64,000 nt of DNA from a virus (taxonomy: Duplodnaviria > Caudoviricetes), in the IMG/VR virus record IMGVR_UViG_2974623408_000001, positions 32,001-96,000 of that record; one strand, written 5' to 3'. Positions 1 through 10,437 of this stretch are shown piece by piece (the first letter of the stretch is position 1; every line of letters starts with the position of its first letter). Under the pieces are notes generated by a model that saw only the letters and a program-made list of their open reading frames with translations, made no database searches and was not told the DNA's origin. The translations under genes and the position numbers were made by a program.

Positions 1-304
1 CAAGGGTCCAGAGCCGGTTGCACGTCTGGACGAGGTGCCTGTTCGCAGACAGCCAGCACCTGTTGATCGCGAAGAACCACAGAACTCTGGTGCCATTACA
101 GAGATGCGTGAGCAGTTCAACAACGTGACGAACGTGAAGGCGAAGAAGACGATGGACGAAGTCCATGTCGCTCTCGAAAACGCTGATCCTGTGACGAAGG
201 CTGGGTTTGCACCGAGCGAGTCGGACGTGGATGACGATCGTCCTGATGATGTTCGCGAGAAGTTTCTAAAGGCTCTACGTAAGAGCGCGAAAACTGAAGG
301 CTAA
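1..304 (+). CDS. hypothetical head-module protein, 5'-truncated by window edge
   Basis: Open frame ending at 304 just before the next gene. Confidence 0.55.
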   Translation, partial: KGPEPVARLDEVPVRRQPAPVDREEPQNSGAITEMREQFNNVTNVKAKKTMDEVHVALENADPVTKAGFAPSESDVDDDRPDDVREKFLKALRKSAKTEG

Positions 305-307
305 TTC

Positions 308-1738
308 ATGACTGCAGATGTCGTAATCACTCCTCCATCTCGCACATATCGTGTTCCGATGGCTCTCACAGCGTCTATCGGCAAGGAACAAGCTACACTT
401 GACGACGTGTTTGATGCGCTGGAGTCAAACCCAGCTGCACGCGGGTGGGCTGAGAAGATCATCAACGGCGTCCAGCGTGACGAAACCAACAGGGCGCAAA
501 CACTTCTCGCAAGCATCGGTTACGACCCTGAGACGTACCTGTACTGGGGTTTCACAGCGTCAGCAGACGACGACTTCGTTTTCGCCATCGCACGATGTGC
601 ACACGATGACTTGAATCTTGCGAAGTCAGAACAGCTTGTCAACGGCGAATGGAAGCCTGTTCCCGAGGCCATGGCAGCTGTGTCACACGGTGTGTCGATG
701 GATCGTGAGTTACTGGCGTTCACCGCGTCCGCGTTCAAAGATGGTTGTCGTGGTGTGTACCTCGTCTATGGCGAACCTGTGATGTTCTTCCCAGAACAGC
801 CGTTGCTCGCCGCTGGTCCACCGGATGCGATCGGTTCAGAGGGCCACGTCTACGCCGTTGTCGATGGCACGGACACCACCGCGATCATGGACGTCATCAT
901 GATCAAGCCTGGACCAGAGGTCTATCGCCGCGACGCTGGATCGTGGGTCGTAGACAACGCCACACTTGATTCGCTGATGGGCGTGCAGCCGCCGCCGATG
1001 GTCGAACTCGAGGGCGACACTCTGAACAAGGTGCTAGAGCAGGTCGACATGGTTGCCGCACAACAGGTTCAACCAGATTCTGAGGGCGGGGCCAGTGAAG
1101 GTCAGATGCTCGAGGTAAATCAGATGGAACTTGACCCGAAGAGCAAAGACGCTTCGGACAAGATGAAGACCGACGTGCAGAAAGAAAAGAAGGCCAATCA
1201 GGACAAGCGCGCCTATCAGAACAGGTCGCATGACACGTACAAATCCAATCAGGACAAGTCCCAGTTGAAGGACGGTTCGACCGCGCAGGCTGTTGTTTCT
1301 TCCGTGGTTTCGAAGATGAACGACGCCAATTTTGAAGCTCAAGTAGCGTCCGGTCCGTTGTGTCCAGAGCGTGTTAAAACTGATGCTGTTGTTGCGAAAA
1401 AAGAGGCTCTCAGTTCGCTTCTCGCAGCCTCAAATCATCTTCGTGGACAAATACATGCGTACGAAAACGTGTTCCTACCTGCACTTATAGCTGATGCGCA
1501 GTCAGTTCACGACGCGACACCGAATCAGAAGAAAGCATCCAACCTCCGCAAGTACTGGGTGCGTGGAGTCGGGGCGGCGAAGATCAAATGGGGTGCTCCG
1601 GGAGACTTCCGACGATGCGTCCGACAACTACGCAAACACCTCGGCACACGTGCCGAAGGATACTGCGCAAAACGCCACAAAGAGGTTAACGGGTTCTGGC
1701 CAGGTGACAAGAAAAACACCGGAAAGAAGAAAGATTGA
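308..1738 (+). CDS. head-module protein (putative minor head/morphogenesis protein)
   Basis: 476 aa; C-terminal LRKYW..GVGAAKIKWG.PGDF.RC...C...H motif of actinophage head-region proteins; upstream of protease and capsid. Confidence 0.6.
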   Translation: MTADVVITPPSRTYRVPMALTASIGKEQATLDDVFDALESNPAARGWAEKIINGVQRDETNRAQTLLASIGYDPETYLYWGFTASADDDFVFAIARCAHDDLNLAKSEQLVNGEWKPVPEAMAAVSHGVSMDRELLAFTASAFKDGCRGVYLVYGEPVMFFPEQPLLAAGPPDAIGSEGHVYAVVDGTDTTAIMDVIMIKPGPEVYRRDAGSWVVDNATLDSLMGVQPPPMVELEGDTLNKVLEQVDMVAAQQVQPDSEGGASEGQMLEVNQMELDPKSKDASDKMKTDVQKEKKANQDKRAYQNRSHDTYKSNQDKSQLKDGSTAQAVVSSVVSKMNDANFEAQVASGPLCPERVKTDAVVAKKEALSSLLAASNHLRGQIHAYENVFLPALIADAQSVHDATPNQKKASNLRKYWVRGVGAAKIKWGAPGDFRRCVRQLRKHLGTRAEGYCAKRHKEVNGFWPGDKKNTGKKKD

Positions 1739-2061
1739 AGCTAGATGAAGACGACGCTTTGCTTCAAGAACTTGAAGTAGTGATCGAAAACAACATGTGG
1801 CTCGGCAATGTTCTGTCTGTAGAAGACGATCACGCGGTGTGTGAGTACGGTGCGATTTACTGGTCAAGCTGCGGCGTCTTCGCGTTGCCGATAAAAATTT
1901 TAGATGTATACGCTGAGAATGCGTATGAATCTGGTCCACTTGGATATCCAACAGGACCCCGCGAATTTACGCAGAGTGGTATAAAACAACCATTCCAGGG
2001 TGGAATGGTACACCGAGATAAAGACCAGCGCGGTACGATCGAATGGTCCAAGAATGCGTGA
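1735..2061 (+). CDS. small LGFP-repeat-like protein
   Basis: YESGPLGYPT and QPFQGG resemble the LGFP repeats in LysA. Confidence 0.6.
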   Translation: MKLDEDDALLQELEVVIENNMWLGNVLSVEDDHAVCEYGAIYWSSCGVFALPIKILDVYAENAYESGPLGYPTGPREFTQSGIKQPFQGGMVHRDKDQRGTIEWSKNA

Positions 2062-2116
2062 TTGATACGCATTGACGTATCGTGCATTTAAGTATCAAAC
2101 GGCAAGGAATACTGTC

Positions 2117-3109
2117 ATGGGCTATAAAGATGGAACCTACGAACAGATCGTAGATGATTCAACGGAAATCGTCCGTGCACTTGTTGCCGGCGCGGCTCCA
2201 ATGTATCCACCAACCGAGTGGTTTGAAGACCCTAAGTTGTCGAAGACCACTCCGATCACTGTGACCGCTGACGGTCGGGTGTACGGCCACATTGCGGACT
2301 GGAACCAGGACCACATCGGTCTACCAGAGCGACGCGCACCACGTAGCCAAAGCAACTACGCATTCTTCAAGACTGGCGTCGTCAAGACCGCTGAAGGTAC
2401 CGAAGTTCCTGTCGGTAACCTGACCCTCGCCGGAGGTCACGCACCGCTCAACGCTTCTGCCGGCGACGCCGTTGCTCACTACGACGACACAGCATCCGCG
2501 ATCGCTGACGTCAACGTTGGTGAGGACGCACACGGTATCTGGGTCAGTGGTGGACTCCGTCCAAACGTAGACGAGGGACAGATTCGCGCTCTCCGCGCTT
2601 CCGCACCGTCTGGTGACTGGCGACCTATCAACCGTAGTCTTGAGCTTGTAGCTGTATGCCAGGTCAACACTCCAGGCTTCCCAATCGCACGCTCGCTGGT
2701 AGCCAGCGGCGAAATCATGTCACTCGTCGCTGCGGGTGCTTCGTCAATCTACGAACTGCAGCAGGAACGCGTTGTGATGGAGAGCGTTCGACGTCTAGCC
2801 GATCGTGTTGAAGAGCTGGAAGCTGTTGTAGCGGGTGGAGCCAAGAAGAAGTTTGGCGACAACGAAGACCCTGCCAAGGATTCCGACGGTGCAACCGACG
2901 ACTCGGGTGACGACTCACGAGACGGCGAAGACAAGACGGACGTCAACAAGAAGTCTGCACCAAACAAGACTCCTGCTGATTCTGAGAAGCCAGAGGTCAA
3001 CGAGAAGTCGAGTGGACGCAAGATTCCTGAGAAGTCTGCACCACTGAAGAAGGGCGAAAAGTCGTCCGCAGATTTGCGCGCTGCATTCGATAAGAAAAAG
3101 AAGAAATAG
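2117..3109 (+). CDS. capsid maturation protease
   Basis: GRVYGHIA..W, GGHA, GEDAHGIWVSG, SGDWR, LELVAV motifs; SD AAGGA before ATG 2117. Confidence 0.8.
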   Translation: MGYKDGTYEQIVDDSTEIVRALVAGAAPMYPPTEWFEDPKLSKTTPITVTADGRVYGHIADWNQDHIGLPERRAPRSQSNYAFFKTGVVKTAEGTEVPVGNLTLAGGHAPLNASAGDAVAHYDDTASAIADVNVGEDAHGIWVSGGLRPNVDEGQIRALRASAPSGDWRPINRSLELVAVCQVNTPGFPIARSLVASGEIMSLVAAGASSIYELQQERVVMESVRRLADRVEELEAVVAGGAKKKFGDNEDPAKDSDGATDDSGDDSRDGEDKTDVNKKSAPNKTPADSEKPEVNEKSSGRKIPEKSAPLKKGEKSSADLRAAFDKKKKK

Positions 3110-3166
3110 CGCGTGTACATTGGTGATTGACAACTGCATCCCATCGTTGCATGGAGCGAATCACCA

Positions 3167-3424
3167 ATGAGTCTGTCTGATCGTATTCAACAAAATCGTA
3201 AAGTCGTTGTTGGCCCCACCTGCGCTACAGGTAGGTGGGTATCCAATCTCAACGACGCGGATCATGAATCATATTCCCGCGCGATTCAAGAAATTGCTGA
3301 CGGAACGCTCATGCGTTCCGATCTGTACACTGCGTGTGTTGACGAGGGTTTGACAACTAGCATTTCGTCTTTCTACCGACACTTAAAACATTTGTGCGGT
3401 TGTCCTGTAACGGAGTCAAAGTGA
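3167..3424 (+). CDS. small hypothetical protein (C...H...C.C, possible Zn/DNA-binding)
   Basis: 85 aa, SD GGAG, coupled to next gene. Confidence 0.6.
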   Translation: MSLSDRIQQNRKVVVGPTCATGRWVSNLNDADHESYSRAIQEIADGTLMRSDLYTACVDEGLTTSISSFYRHLKHLCGCPVTESK

Positions 3425-4566
3425 GTCTCGACGACGCAATCAAGAATACAGCATCCAAAACTTCACCGGTACTAGCATCCACTGAGTTTGATGGCACCGA
3501 GGGTTTTATCCAGACAGGGCCGCTGCATTCACAGCCGCAAACCACATCTGACTTCACCGATCTACTCCGACAGTTTGGCTACGACCCAGAGACTGTAGAG
3601 ATCGTTGGTCCAGCCAGAATCTCGAAATGGCAGCAGAGACCAGACAGTGAATTTCTGTCAGCATACCGGTTCCGTATTGCCACCAGACGCGAGTGCATTG
3701 ATCTACCAGCACTGTACGCGGCTGTTGAGAAGACAGTTCAGCCTGAAGTTTCAGCCACTGGAGACGGTCCAGTGGCTGTTGTTGTCTTCGCGGACCCTCA
3801 GATCGGCAAGACAGATGCGCGTGGTGGCACACCACAGTTGATCGAACGACTCGAGCAAAAGCGCGAAGCGTTGCAGGAATGGATCACCAAAATCGGTCCA
3901 GCTAAGTGTGTGTTCGTTGACGCTGGCGATGGTGTCGAATCGTTCGAAAACACAGGGTCACAGCCGTTTACAAACGATCTGTCGTTCCCGCAGCAGTTGG
4001 ATATGTACTCGACCGAGGTCTTCAAGTTCGTCTCGGTGTTGTGTAAGAGCGCGCCGACCACTTCGTTGATCGTTCCGTCCAACCACGGTGCGTGGCGAAA
4101 TGGCAAGCAAAACCTCGGCAATCCCCAAGACGACTGGGGACTGTTCGTACACCGTCAGGTGGCCAAGCAAGCGCAGGCAATCGACATGCCGTTGACATGT
4201 CTGATGCCTGAGGATTACAACGAGTCGCTCGTCTTCGATGCGGGACCAGCCACTCTAGGTGTCACACACGGACACCAGGTAGGTTCACCAGACAGATTCC
4301 CTCATTGGTGGGCTGAGCAGACACACGGCGGCCAACCGATGGCTACCGCTGATGTCGCAATCACGGGACATTTCCATCACCTTCGTGTGCAGCCTACAGG
4401 ACGAAATGCGTTGTCCGGGCGTGCAAAATGGTGGATTCAGGCTCCCACACTCGACAACGGTTCCAGCTGGTTCGTCAACCGCAGAGGTGACGAGTCTGAT
4501 CCTGGAATGGTAGTCTTCACTCTCAATTCTGAGGGATTCAACCTCCAGTCTTTGGAAGTTCTCTAG
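3421..4566 (+). CDS. metallophosphoesterase (Mre11/SbcD-like nuclease)
   Basis: AD.QIGK, DAGD, SNHG, THGH, GHFHH motifs. Confidence 0.8.
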   Translation: MSLDDAIKNTASKTSPVLASTEFDGTEGFIQTGPLHSQPQTTSDFTDLLRQFGYDPETVEIVGPARISKWQQRPDSEFLSAYRFRIATRRECIDLPALYAAVEKTVQPEVSATGDGPVAVVVFADPQIGKTDARGGTPQLIERLEQKREALQEWITKIGPAKCVFVDAGDGVESFENTGSQPFTNDLSFPQQLDMYSTEVFKFVSVLCKSAPTTSLIVPSNHGAWRNGKQNLGNPQDDWGLFVHRQVAKQAQAIDMPLTCLMPEDYNESLVFDAGPATLGVTHGHQVGSPDRFPHWWAEQTHGGQPMATADVAITGHFHHLRVQPTGRNALSGRAKWWIQAPTLDNGSSWFVNRRGDESDPGMVVFTLNSEGFNLQSLEVL

Positions 4567-4703
4567 AACTTTTCTAAACTTTTTTCACAGTAAATTTGCG
4601 TAAGTAAAACTAACGCGTTTACTGTACTCAATTGAGCGCCCGTTCTCTTATTCTTCGGTACCTCGGTAAATGACAGAAGTTCATTTTACTTTCTGGAGGA
4701 CCG

Positions 4704-6413
4704 ATGAGCGACAAGCCCACCGTTGAGGACGTGCAAGAGCGTCTCAAGGTAGAGAACGTCGTCCTTCTCAATGCTGAGCAGCGCAAGGAACTCCGCGACG
4801 ACATCGAAGCGGTTTTCAACAGTGCTGAAGCAGCGGAGGACAAGGACACAATGTCTTCGATGCTTGAGTCCGTAACCGCTTTGAACAACTACGAAGCGAT
4901 TATCGAGCAGGTGTCAAACATCGAATCGAAGACTGAAGAAACCGAAGAGGAATCTGAGGAATCTGCCGAAGCTACCGAGGAAAAGCCTGAAGAGGCTGAG
5001 ACCGAGGAAAAGGCTGAGACAGAAGCAGAAGAAACCGCTGAAGAAACTTCGTCGGCTACTGAAGAAGTAGCTGAAAAGGAATCTGAGGAATCAGCACCCG
5101 TGGCTGAAACCGAAGCCACCGAAGCAGTTGCAGATGCTGCAGAGGAAACCGTTGAAACTGCTCCCGAGGAGGTTGCCATGGCTGCATCTGCTATTTCGGG
5201 CGACGACGCTACAAACGAGGAAAAGAAGCCCGCTCCTCGCGTGCAGGTCGTTGCACAGGTCGGATCGGACATCAAGGGTGGATTCACCGCTGGTGCCGAG
5301 TTCCGTAGCCTTGACGAAGTGAACAAGGCGTTCATCAACAAGCTTGACGCAATCCGCGGTGTTCGCACCTCGGAGGCTGAACAGCGTGCTGTTGTTTCGC
5401 TCGTAGCTTCGATCGGCGAGGACCGTTACCTCGACCATGATCTCTACGCGAACATGGAGAAGATCGACGCAGCTACCGGAGAGCAGGCACTTGTCGCTTC
5501 CGGTGGATACTGTGCTCCTCTTCCAGTGAACTACGACATCTTCGGCGTTGGATCGTCGATCCGTCCAGTTCGCGATTCGCTACCAACGTTCGCCGCAAAC
5601 CGCGGTGGTATCCGATACATCGCTCCTCCAGTTCTTGGTGCGTACAACTCGGCTATCTCGCTGTGGACTGCAGCTAACGACGCGAACCCAACTGACCCAA
5701 CTACGAAGCCTGTGCTTAAGGTAGCCTGCGCCTCGGAGCAGACAGCCACAGCTGACGCTGTGACGTTGAGCCTCGAGTTCGGTAACCTTATGGCCCGCGC
5801 CTTCCCAGAGTTGGTGCAGCGTCACAACCAGCTAGCTCTTATCCAGCACGCACGTTTCGCTGAGCGTACGCTTCTGAACAAGATCTCTGCTGCTTCGACG
5901 AAGGTAACCGTAGAGCATGAGTTGGGTGCAACCCGCGACTTGCTACACGCTATCGCCCGCGCTTCGGCTGCTTACCGCAACCGTCACCGTATCCCACGCC
6001 CAATCAAGCTTCGCGCTATCCTCCCAGAGTGGACACGCGACTTGCTACGCGAGGATATCGCCTCGAACATGGCGATTGAGAACCTGGACGTCTCTGACGG
6101 ACAGCTTGATTCGTGGTTCTCTTCGCGCGGACTGAGCATCAGCTGGCACGTTGATGACACGTTCGCAACTCAGACCAACAACACTGAGTTGAACCCATTC
6201 CCAGACTCGATCAAGTTCTGGGTATTCGCTGAGGGAACATTCTTGTTCCTTGACGGCGGAACACTTGACCTGGGCGTAATCCGCGACTCTGACCTTGTCG
6301 GAACCAACGATTACCGTACCTTCGTCGAGACGTTCGAGGGTATCGCTAAGGTTGGAATCGAGGCTCTCGAAGTTTCGGCTGACGTGGCAATTGGTGTTAA
6401 CTCGGGATCGTAA
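4704..6413 (+). CDS. major capsid protein with acidic N-terminal scaffold-like region
   Basis: 569 aa; Glu/Ala-rich N-terminus, ALVASGGYCAP, LDLGVIRD..L...ND...FVETFEG; SD GGAGG. Confidence 0.85.
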   Translation: MSDKPTVEDVQERLKVENVVLLNAEQRKELRDDIEAVFNSAEAAEDKDTMSSMLESVTALNNYEAIIEQVSNIESKTEETEEESEESAEATEEKPEEAETEEKAETEAEETAEETSSATEEVAEKESEESAPVAETEATEAVADAAEETVETAPEEVAMAASAISGDDATNEEKKPAPRVQVVAQVGSDIKGGFTAGAEFRSLDEVNKAFINKLDAIRGVRTSEAEQRAVVSLVASIGEDRYLDHDLYANMEKIDAATGEQALVASGGYCAPLPVNYDIFGVGSSIRPVRDSLPTFAANRGGIRYIAPPVLGAYNSAISLWTAANDANPTDPTTKPVLKVACASEQTATADAVTLSLEFGNLMARAFPELVQRHNQLALIQHARFAERTLLNKISAASTKVTVEHELGATRDLLHAIARASAAYRNRHRIPRPIKLRAILPEWTRDLLREDIASNMAIENLDVSDGQLDSWFSSRGLSISWHVDDTFATQTNNTELNPFPDSIKFWVFAEGTFLFLDGGTLDLGVIRDSDLVGTNDYRTFVETFEGIAKVGIEALEVSADVAIGVNSGS

Positions 6414-6456
6414 TCCGAGTAACAAAGTCTACTAAAACTGGAGTCTGGAGGACCAC

Positions 6457-7149
6457 GTGGCACGTTTCTTTGAAACCTTCAACATCGTTGAAGGTGACGG
6501 CTCGTGGTCTTCCGGACCCCAGCCAGTAGACACACTGGCGTGCGGTTTCGCTATCGACTCGTACGATATCTGCGAGCCGGATGCGCCGGACCCGTTAGAG
6601 GATACACCGCTGGGAATTGACGCTACGCCCTTCGCAATAAAGGCGTATCAGGAAGTTCCCACACGATGTGCGCCTGCTGACATTGAGCAGTGGGTGGATG
6701 ACGCTATGCGAGCATCCACTGAATACATGGTTACCAAATCACTTTGGTACGGAGCCAACGGAAATACAAGCAAGATGTACATGCACGACCCTGACATTCT
6801 TGTCATGGATCGTGGAGCAAACGACGTGAAAACGTTGGGAGCATGTCTCGAAGCGCTGTACGCCAAGGCCCCAATGGTACGCCCAACAATCCACCTTGGA
6901 TTTGAAGCAGCCATGGCCATGCAGCTTGGACTTGACACACTGAAGATTCCGTTTGTTGTCGGTCCGGGTTATCCTCCTGATGCTATCGCGGTGTCAGGAA
7001 TGATCACTGTCAATCTTGGATCAGTGCAGACAATCGGCAGTGTCAATCCAGGGAACAACCGTAAGCAAATCGAATCTTCAAGACTTGCGCGAATCGTGTT
7101 CGATCCGTGCATGGTAGTCCGAGCGGCAGACTCGGGTACTGGCTCATAA
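6457..7149 (+). CDS. virion structural protein (putative minor capsid/decoration)
   Basis: Between capsid and tail tube, SD GGAGG, ends GS. Confidence 0.6.
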   Translation: MARFFETFNIVEGDGSWSSGPQPVDTLACGFAIDSYDICEPDAPDPLEDTPLGIDATPFAIKAYQEVPTRCAPADIEQWVDDAMRASTEYMVTKSLWYGANGNTSKMYMHDPDILVMDRGANDVKTLGACLEALYAKAPMVRPTIHLGFEAAMAMQLGLDTLKIPFVVGPGYPPDAIAVSGMITVNLGSVQTIGSVNPGNNRKQIESSRLARIVFDPCMVVRAADSGTGS

Positions 7150-7163
7150 AATAAGGAGAGACA

Positions 7164-7817
7164 ATGGCTACTGATCATGCTGCCAGCGTCCAGGGTGTTG
7201 CTCTGCGAGTCTGCAAACTGGACACAGATGGCACACCACTTGTAGGTACAAAGACCTGCTTCGTAACTTCGGCGTTCATGTCGTTCGGGTTTACGCCTGA
7301 ATACACTGAAGGTGAAGAAATCGAAGAGAAGGGCGCAGACGGTTCGGTCTGTGTCTACTACCAGGCTCCGGACGTTCTGAAGCGCGTTACATTCTCGCTT
7401 CAGATTTGCGACCCTTCGCCTGAGCTCTCTGAGATTCTCGCCGGTGGTACGTTGCTTCTACCAGGTGTAGGAACAGACCCAGTCGGATACGCTGCTCCAG
7501 AGCAGGGTGTCGATGCGACTCCTAACGGCGTTGCCTTCGAGGTTTGGTCACGCGCGATCGTTAAGGGTAAGCCCGCTGCGGTCAACCCTTACTGGCGCTG
7601 GGTATTCCCTTACGCCAAGATGAAGTTCACCGGAGACCGTATGCTTGAGAACGGTATGATGGCGAACGAGTTCGAGGGTTGGGGCGTAGGAAACGAAGAA
7701 TACGATGCGGGACCTGCCGGCGACTGGGAGTACACCAGCGCACGTCCGTTCCAGTACGCTCGTGATGCTTCTGCACCAGTTGGTGTCAACGACTACGTTG
7801 CCGTAACCGGTTCGTAA
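7164..7817 (+). CDS. major tail (tube) protein
   Basis: FTPEYTEGEEIEEKGADG.VC, FEVWS, YWRWVFPY; SD AAGGAG; followed by terminator. Confidence 0.8.
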   Translation: MATDHAASVQGVALRVCKLDTDGTPLVGTKTCFVTSAFMSFGFTPEYTEGEEIEEKGADGSVCVYYQAPDVLKRVTFSLQICDPSPELSEILAGGTLLLPGVGTDPVGYAAPEQGVDATPNGVAFEVWSRAIVKGKPAAVNPYWRWVFPYAKMKFTGDRMLENGMMANEFEGWGVGNEEYDAGPAGDWEYTSARPFQYARDASAPVGVNDYVAVTGS

Positions 7818-7842
7818 TCGACGCGCACACTTCAACAGTCGA

Positions 7843-7881
7843 GATGCGTCGGGACAGTCACAGGCTGTTCCGGCGCATTTT
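7843..7881 (+). terminator. intrinsic terminator after tail tube gene
   Basis: ATGCGTCGGGACAGTC-ACA-GGCTGTTCCGGCGCAT hairpin followed by T run. Confidence 0.65.
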
Positions 7882-7896
7882 GCTTAGGGATGAAAG

Positions 7897-8520
7897 ATGC
7901 CTCTAGAGGATTTTGTAGCTGACGCTCCAGACATCGCTGCTCGTGTCATGTACGAGTTGCTAGGTCGTCGTTGGGTATGGCCTCCTGTCACCACGACAGA
8001 TCGTGTAGAAATCCCGTCGAACCAGAACTTCCTTATTCTCGAGGGCAGACCAGTTATTGACGTCATCGAGTGCGTTCTGTATCGCGGCACCAGTCCTGCT
8101 GAAGATCTTGAGTACGTCGTAGAAAACAAGCACAGACTACGATTCACAGACATTCCACAGCTGCACAATTCGTTTTGCTGGGGTTCGTCAAACTCAATTG
8201 AGGTGACGTACACGTACGGTTCACCACCACCGAAGGAAGTCGAAGCAGCTATTGAGGCGCTGACTCAAGAACTGATCATGGCGTACAACGGCGATGAAGA
8301 ATGCGCTTTGCCAGAGCGTGTTCAATCATTGACCCGTAATGGTATTTCGATTCAGTTCGCCGCGGACGATTTTCTCGAGCACGGTCGCACAGGAATCGAA
8401 CGTGTAGACTCGGCACTGCGTCACTTCAATCCCGGTAACGCGAAAAGACGTGCTAGGGTATACTCTATTAATAATCCGCCTCCACGCAGACGAAACACGT
8501 CACAACAGGCGGGTTCCTAA
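7897..8520 (+). CDS. head-to-tail adaptor
   Basis: VTYTYG.PPP, C.LPERVQSLTRNGIS, GRTGI..VD motifs. Confidence 0.75.
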   Translation: MPLEDFVADAPDIAARVMYELLGRRWVWPPVTTTDRVEIPSNQNFLILEGRPVIDVIECVLYRGTSPAEDLEYVVENKHRLRFTDIPQLHNSFCWGSSNSIEVTYTYGSPPPKEVEAAIEALTQELIMAYNGDEECALPERVQSLTRNGISIQFAADDFLEHGRTGIERVDSALRHFNPGNAKRRARVYSINNPPPRRRNTSQQAGS

Positions 8521-8535
8521 AAAGGAGAAACGGTA

Positions 8536-9048
8536 ATGGCAAGAATCGATATTGACCCGGATACTGGGTACCCTGAGGGCGTGGCTCAGCGTCCCGACGC
8601 TCCGTTCCCAGAGGCTTCAAACGTCCCCGCTGATGTTCCACCTCAGCTGGAGGACCCCGATCGTAACCCAGACGCGTTTGGTTCAGCCAAGACGGCTGCA
8701 CCAGACGGTGTTGAGGACGCAACGATTGAGGAAGGAGACGGTCACGAGGTTCCGAAGGAACCGGTAAAGGCAGCGGAAGTACTCAACGACGGCAAGCATG
8801 AAGTCGGTAACGAGTACGAGAATACCTCGGTGGCTGGATACCACGAGGCGAACACAACCAACGCTGAGACTCTGTCTCAGGACCCTAAGTTCGAAGCTGT
8901 ACAGACCACACCGAACGCGAGCGGTAAGGTCGAGGTCAACGACAACACCGAGCCTAAGAAGGCTCCACGTCGTGGACGTCGTCCAGCTGCTGAAAAGCTG
9001 GCAGAGCCAGAAGAGAAGCTGACCGACGCGGACGCCAAGAACAAGTAA
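8536..9048 (+). CDS. acidic, probably disordered hypothetical protein
   Basis: 170 aa, SD AAGGAG. Confidence 0.65.
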   Translation: MARIDIDPDTGYPEGVAQRPDAPFPEASNVPADVPPQLEDPDRNPDAFGSAKTAAPDGVEDATIEEGDGHEVPKEPVKAAEVLNDGKHEVGNEYENTSVAGYHEANTTNAETLSQDPKFEAVQTTPNASGKVEVNDNTEPKKAPRRGRRPAAEKLAEPEEKLTDADAKNK

Positions 9049-9060
9049 ATAGTATTTCCC

Positions 9061-9097
9061 GAAATGGCGCGCTAGTTTTACTAGCGCGTCATTTCTT
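9061..9097 (+). terminator. intrinsic terminator-like hairpin
   Basis: GAAATGGCGCGCTAG / CTAGCGCGTCATTTC inverted repeat. Confidence 0.6.
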
Positions 9098-9111
9098 GTA
9101 ACATCGACTAC

Positions 9112-10437
9112 ATGGCTATTGATTTGTCGATACTTGTATGTTCCACGAACACTCGTTGGAACAACTTTGGACGAGCGATTCAGGAACAGATTTGGACACA
9201 GTACGATGATCTGCCTGATGACTACAAAGAACGCATTGAAATTCAGATACTTACAGATAACAAAAAACTGATGCTGGGTGAGAAACGTAATATCATGGTG
9301 GATTCTGCACAAGGAAAATACGTGCAATTCATCGATGATGACGACCGCATAGAACCTGACATGTTCAAAACTCTACTAGATACAATTGCTGAGCATGACA
9401 CGGACGTCATTACTTTTTTAGCCAGCGTTGTACTCGACGGTGGCGAACCGAAAATTTGCCGCTACAGCATAAATTACTCACGTGACCACAACACTTCAAC
9501 TGAATACCACCGTCTTCCTAACCACATCTGTTGCGTGAAACGTGACTTGGCCAAGCAGGTGAGTTTTCCCAATGTCCTCTACGGTGAAGATTCCGGATAT
9601 TCAAAACTATTAAAGCGTCGTCTAAAGTCTGAGTATGCAATCAATCGTGTTCTGTACCACTACGACTACAACAGTGAAACTACTGAGACACAACTACACA
9701 GACGTGCGTCTGTACGACGGAAGCGTCTTCGTCAGACACCACTAGTTGACGTTGTAGTCCTTTCTAACGCGTCAACACAGAAACTTCAACAGATGACCCA
9801 GCACACTATCGACACCTGTCTCGCAGGTGCTAACGGTCTGTCAGTTAACGTCATCGTAATGGAACAAGCATCAGTTATCCGATACAAAGATGCGGTTACC
9901 CATTGGACTCCTGACACTTTTCACTACAATCGTTTTGCAAACGCAGGTGCGAATACGGGCAGCGCAGAATGGATCATGATAGCCAATAATGACTTGGTAT
10001 TTCATGACGGATGGCTCCATGAACTACTTGCAGCAGAACATCCGGTAGTGTCTCCTCACAATCCGGGTGATCCACGACAACGTGCGCTGTACAAAAACGA
10101 AGTCGGAACACGAAACGGCAGACATTTTTCTGGATGGTGTTTCATGGTTAAACGCGAACTTTGGAAAGAAATTGGTGGATTCGATGAGTGTGTAAGTTTT
10201 TGGTGCTCCGACGATGTGGTAATCGAGCAGGTTAAAGCTCTTGATGTTCATCCTATGATCGTGCCAAAATCCGTAGTAAAGCATTTAGGATCAGTTACAT
10301 TGAACGATCAGGGTAAACCAGATTCGTTGACCTGGGAACAGTACCATATCTACGTCAACAAATACAATGTTACTGAGCATGATTTACTGAATAATCCACG
10401 ATACCGAAGATGGAAGAAACAAGCAGGTGTGGCATGA
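9112..10437 (+). CDS. two-domain GT-A (GT2-like) glycosyltransferase
   Basis: FIDDDD and GED in domain 1; ANNDL, IGGFDE, FWCSDD in domain 2. Confidence 0.85.
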   Translation: MAIDLSILVCSTNTRWNNFGRAIQEQIWTQYDDLPDDYKERIEIQILTDNKKLMLGEKRNIMVDSAQGKYVQFIDDDDRIEPDMFKTLLDTIAEHDTDVITFLASVVLDGGEPKICRYSINYSRDHNTSTEYHRLPNHICCVKRDLAKQVSFPNVLYGEDSGYSKLLKRRLKSEYAINRVLYHYDYNSETTETQLHRRASVRRKRLRQTPLVDVVVLSNASTQKLQQMTQHTIDTCLAGANGLSVNVIVMEQASVIRYKDAVTHWTPDTFHYNRFANAGANTGSAEWIMIANNDLVFHDGWLHELLAAEHPVVSPHNPGDPRQRALYKNEVGTRNGRHFSGWCFMVKRELWKEIGGFDECVSFWCSDDVVIEQVKALDVHPMIVPKSVVKHLGSVTLNDQGKPDSLTWEQYHIYVNKYNVTEHDLLNNPRYRRWKKQAGVA

